The notes below the pieces were generated by a model. It was not told where the DNA came from, searched no databases, and saw only the letters and a program-made list of their open reading frames with translations. From Longimicrobiales bacterium (GTDB taxonomy: Bacteria > Gemmatimonadota > Gemmatimonadetes > Longimicrobiales > Gaopeijiaceae), in NCBI GenBank assembly GCA_965238005.1, contig OZ250165.1:3232001-3296000 (forward strand): DNA of 64,000 bases, written 5' to 3'. Shown here in pieces: positions 60,485 through 64,000 of the stretch (position 1 is the stretch's first letter; each line of letters starts with the position of its first letter). The translations under genes were made by a program, and so were the position numbers.

Positions 60485-61408
60485 GTGATAGTCGCGTGCG
60501 AGGAGGGTCTATTGAGCGGAGGGGATCTGCCCTCGATATCCGTTGTGATTCCAGCCTACAACGCCGCGAGGTTTCTCCGCTCCACGCTGGAATCGGTGCT
60601 TGCTCAGTCGTATCCGGTCAGCGAATGCATCGTGATCGACGACGGATCGGTCGACTCCACCGCCGACATCGTGGCCGAGTTCGGCCACCCGGTGGTCTTG
60701 ATTTCTCAGACGAATCAGGGGGTGGCGGCGGCGAGGAACAGAGGCGTGTCGGAGGCCACGTCCGAGCTGATCGCCTTTTGTGATGCCGATGACGTATGGC
60801 GTCCCGACAAGCTGGCGCTCCAGGTTCAGGCGCTCGCCGAGAATAAGGATGCGTCTGCGGTGTTCTGTGGCGTGGTTATCGTCGATGCCGAGCTCGAGCC
60901 ACTCGACGAACCTCCGACCCCTGACTTCCCGTCGTTGGACCTCGCGTCACTGGTTCATCATCGGGCCGGCGATGTTCCCCCCGCGGTGGCTTCTACCCTC
61001 CTGGCGCGACGAGACACGCTGATGGCCGTAGGATTGTACGACGGCGCGTTCTCCGATGCCGCAGACCGGGACCTGGTGGTCCGCCTGAGAAAGGTGGGGC
61101 CCTTTGTCGGAACGACGGAGCGCGTGACGCTCTATCGGGACCATGGAGCCGCCATGAGCCGGCAGGTGCGGCTCCGCGCCGCCGACAACCGCCGACTCTT
61201 CGAGAAGTTCGCTCAGGACCCCGAGATCATCGGGAGCTTGGGCGAGGCTTTTCACCGAGCCCGCGCTTGGAATGCCATCGTGTCGGCGGCGGGTCTGATC
61301 AAGGGCGGAGTCGTTTTGGGGGGCGTCGCCTATCTCGCCCGCGAAATGTTTCGTAATCCCCTGGTCGTGACGCGCGTCCTCTACTCCTGGTTGAGGAGGC
61401 GCCGGTGA
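60485..61408 (+). CDS. GT2 glycosyltransferase
   Basis: VVIPAYN, DDGSVD, AARNRG, CDADD. Confidence 0.9.
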   Translation: MIVACEEGLLSGGDLPSISVVIPAYNAARFLRSTLESVLAQSYPVSECIVIDDGSVDSTADIVAEFGHPVVLISQTNQGVAAARNRGVSEATSELIAFCDADDVWRPDKLALQVQALAENKDASAVFCGVVIVDAELEPLDEPPTPDFPSLDLASLVHHRAGDVPPAVASTLLARRDTLMAVGLYDGAFSDAADRDLVVRLRKVGPFVGTTERVTLYRDHGAAMSRQVRLRAADNRRLFEKFAQDPEIIGSLGEAFHRARAWNAIVSAAGLIKGGVVLGGVAYLAREMFRNPLVVTRVLYSWLRRRR

Positions 61409-62910
61409 CTGGAGGCCGAGTGGCCGTGGCCCTGGCTCTCACCTGGCTGGCGGTCGCACTCCTGCTGGCTCCGCGGCACGGCACTCTCCTCACCTGGGAC
61501 GAGGTGGACTACGCGCAGGCGGCCCGCCAGGGGTTCGTCGCCAATTGGCTGGAGGAGGGGGGCTTGTCTCTTCCCGCCTTTCTCGGCTTCGTACAGGCTC
61601 GTCTCGACGACGCCCCGGTGGTGTTTCCAGAGGGATACGACGAGGCCACGGACCCGCTGAACCTGCGGCATCTACATCCACCTCTCCTCGCGTACATGTT
61701 GGCGCCTTTCTCGGGAGCCCAGTCCGAGCGGGTGCTCCGGCTCGTCCTATTGGTGGGTGCCGCCCTGCTGCTCGTCGCCCTGTACACGGCCTGTCGGCCC
61801 GACGGAGGGCCCGACACCTGGAGCTTCGCTCTGATGCTCCTCATGGGGGCATGGGCCTGCCTGCACGGCTTCGCCGGCCTGCACATGCACGGCCTCATGG
61901 CCGTCACCACCTTGTTCGCAACGGTGGTGTTTCTGCGCTGGCTCGAGGAGCCCCGGCGAGGGTGGCCCGTTCTTCCGGCCCTCGGGCTGGCGCTGACCGG
62001 CCTGACCCTGGAGACAGCCGTCCTGATCTGGGGTGGGCTCTTGGCCTTGGCCCTCTTCCGGCCCCCACCGTCGGTAGGGGGGGCCGATCGCACGATAGGG
62101 ACCAGGCTTCGCTCAGTGCTTCCTCTTTTCGGGTTGGCGCTGGGCCTGGTCGCGGCCCTTTGGCTGGGTGGCTTCGTGAAGGCATCGCCACTGCGCACGG
62201 CGGTCAACTACGCGTATCGCATCTACCTGGGGGCCGAGTACGCGCCGGTTACCGCTCGTATACCGGGCATCGCACGGGCGGCCCTACCGTTCCTGCTGCT
62301 CGCCGGATTGGCGGTGGGCGCCCGCATCATCACGGGGATTCGTCTGTCGTGGAGGTCTCGGGCGTTTCTCGTCATCGGAGCGGTCTATGGGGTCGTGATG
62401 GTCCCTGTGGCGCTCTCGGAGACGTACCTGATCCCTGCAGCCGTGTTGCTCACGGTGCCATCGCTGGCGGCCCTCGCACACGTGAGGGGTAAGGCAGCTC
62501 GCGCTTCGATCCTCCTCGCCCTCGTCATCGCAGTGGCCGGCTCCTCACCGCCCGTCGGCGCTGGGGAGGCCGATGCCCTCCTCCGCGAGGACTATCAGTG
62601 GCTGTCGATGGGGGGCCGTCTCGAGGACAGGGTCATCTGGGCCGACGGGGGACACATCCTCGCCTGGTACTTTCCGGACGCCCAAGTACGGCCCATAACG
62701 GTCTCGTACGACGGAGCCTCGCTCACGGAGAGACGTCAGGGTCGCTACCGACCTCTCTCCCAAGTCGACATCGGGGGTGATCTGGTTCTCGTAGAAGGCA
62801 GCCGGGGCGGGCAATCCCTGGAACAGACCCAGGGACCGCTGATGGGGTGTGTACGCACGCCTCGACCGAGCTTCGTGCTCTACGACTGCGGCCGGCGGTC
62901 GGTCCGTTGA
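61405..62910 (+). CDS. Polytopic GT-C/ArnT-like membrane protein
   Basis: TWDEVDY, RHLHPPL and many TM segments. Confidence 0.65.
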   Translation: MTGGRVAVALALTWLAVALLLAPRHGTLLTWDEVDYAQAARQGFVANWLEEGGLSLPAFLGFVQARLDDAPVVFPEGYDEATDPLNLRHLHPPLLAYMLAPFSGAQSERVLRLVLLVGAALLLVALYTACRPDGGPDTWSFALMLLMGAWACLHGFAGLHMHGLMAVTTLFATVVFLRWLEEPRRGWPVLPALGLALTGLTLETAVLIWGGLLALALFRPPPSVGGADRTIGTRLRSVLPLFGLALGLVAALWLGGFVKASPLRTAVNYAYRIYLGAEYAPVTARIPGIARAALPFLLLAGLAVGARIITGIRLSWRSRAFLVIGAVYGVVMVPVALSETYLIPAAVLLTVPSLAALAHVRGKAARASILLALVIAVAGSSPPVGAGEADALLREDYQWLSMGGRLEDRVIWADGGHILAWYFPDAQVRPITVSYDGASLTERRQGRYRPLSQVDIGGDLVLVEGSRGGQSLEQTQGPLMGCVRTPRPSFVLYDCGRRSVR

Positions 62911-64000
62911 ACGTCCTCTACGTCTCGTATGACGGCGCTCTGGATCCGCTAGGGCGCTCCCAGGTCGTGCCCTACCTGGAGGGGCTCAGCTCAGAGGGCT
63001 TCCGATACGACCTCATCACCTTCGAGAAGACCGCTCGGTGGAACGACTTGGATGATAGGAGGTCCATGGAAGAGCGCCTGTCACGGGCCGACATCCGATG
63101 GCATCCGCTCCGCTACCGGCGACGTCCACCCGTCTTGGGCACCCTCCTGAACCTCGTGGAGGGGTACCGCCTCGCCCTTCGTCTCGACGGTGAACGGGCC
63201 TTCGATCTGGTCCATGCGCGCTCCTATCCGTCGTCCGTCGTCGCCCGCCGTCTGAAGACACGTCGAAGGATTCCCTTCATCTTCGACATGCGCGGCTTCT
63301 ACCCGGAGGAGCGCGTGGACGGCGGCCTCTGGAAGAAGGGCGGTGTCCTCTTCAAGGCCGCCAAGAGGGTCGAGCGGGACCTTTTCGGTATGGCGGACGG
63401 GATCGTGACTCTCACGCAGGCAAGCCTGCCCATCCTCTCGACGAGGATCGCCGCGGCCGGCGGAAGAGCCGTGCCCAGGGTCATCCCCACGTGCGTCGAT
63501 CTGGACCGGTTCAAGCCGGTGCCCACCGGCACACGGCCCGAGGAGTTCACGCTCGCCTACTTCGGCTCGTTGGGAACGTGGTATCGATTGGGGGACATGC
63601 TGCGCTTCGGACGATACGTCCTTGAAGCCGCCGGCGGAGGGCGCCTCCTCTTCCTCACCAACGACGACCCTTCGCCGGTGCAACGTCTCGCGGCGGAGGC
63701 GGGGATGCCCCCCGAAGTCCTCTCCGTGGGGAGTGTTCCCCACGAGGACGTGCCCGCAGCTCTCGCTGGGGCTCATGCGACCTTCTTCTTGATTCGAAGC
63801 GGTCCATCTCGGTTCGGATTCCATCAGACGAAGCTCGGGGAGTCTCTTGCATTGGGGCTTCCCGTGGCGGCCAACGCCGGCATTGGCGATACAGCGGAGA
63901 TCCTGGAGGGTAATCGAGTGGGGATCGTAATCGACGAGAGTGACGAGGACGGACTGAGACGAAGCGCCGCCGAGTTGGTTGCCCTCGCGGCAGACCCAAG
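62907..64000 (+). CDS. GT4 glycosyltransferase, partial (runs off the window)
   Basis: Not in the ORF track. TTG start gives MNVLYVSYDGALDPLGRSQVVPYL, HARSY, FDMRGF, TKLGESLALGLPV. Confidence 0.88.
   Translation, partial: MNVLYVSYDGALDPLGRSQVVPYLEGLSSEGFRYDLITFEKTARWNDLDDRRSMEERLSRADIRWHPLRYRRRPPVLGTLLNLVEGYRLALRLDGERAFDLVHARSYPSSVVARRLKTRRRIPFIFDMRGFYPEERVDGGLWKKGGVLFKAAKRVERDLFGMADGIVTLTQASLPILSTRIAAAGGRAVPRVIPTCVDLDRFKPVPTGTRPEEFTLAYFGSLGTWYRLGDMLRFGRYVLEAAGGGRLLFLTNDDPSPVQRLAAEAGMPPEVLSVGSVPHEDVPAALAGAHATFFLIRSGPSRFGFHQTKLGESLALGLPVAANAGIGDTAEILEGNRVGIVIDESDEDGLRRSAAELVALAADP

Noticed and set aside
1..64000. CRISPR array, rRNA, tRNA, integron, or DGR/retron explanation for the S9 variable patches
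   Set aside because: No regular repeat-spacer array, RNA gene, integrase or reverse transcriptase was seen, and the S9 differences include indels and are not adenine-specific.

Overview
High-GC bacterial DNA whose gene content (many S9 peptidases, DUF885, 6-bladed-propeller debris, Big_2 lipoprotein) resembles Gemmatimonadota; the taxonomy is an inference. It has three parts. (1) 0-20 kb is a mobile-element-scarred accessory region: one canonical DPP-IV-like S9 peptidase, a ~2.8 kb duplicated atypical S9 lipoprotein gene (Glu in place of the catalytic Asp, no EE motif) interleaved with IS91, IS21 and unidentified IS-end remnants, a DUF885 lipoprotein, a Gly-rich Ig-like lipoprotein cleanly split by an IS1182-family element, an IS110 remnant and an IS5/IS903-like element. 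(2) 20-28 kb and 51-64 kb are two halves of a surface-polysaccharide locus (GT2/GT4, priming transferases, PglF-like dehydratase, sat-cysC, rmlABD, DegT aminotransferase, nucleotide-sugar dehydrogenase, WecA-like) with toxin-antitoxin debris. (3) 28.5-50.8 kb, between the two halves, holds the most interesting system. A leftward operon encodes a bCerS-like GNAT, a single-module reducing type I PKS without thioesterase, a PLP alpha-oxoamine synthase (SPT-like) with an apparently matching docking helix, a CerR-like SDR, a free ACP and a FabF-like KS. A divergent rightward arm encodes a GT-C mannosyltransferase, a Wzi-like barrel, a methyltransferase, TMEM45-like, SUR1/GT32-like, flippase-like and RMDN-like TPR proteins, and a desaturase remnant lies on the opposite strand. 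This looks like a PKS-fed bacterial ceramide/glycosphingolipid pathway, possibly supplying a capsule anchor. All calls come from motif reading; no database searches were run.
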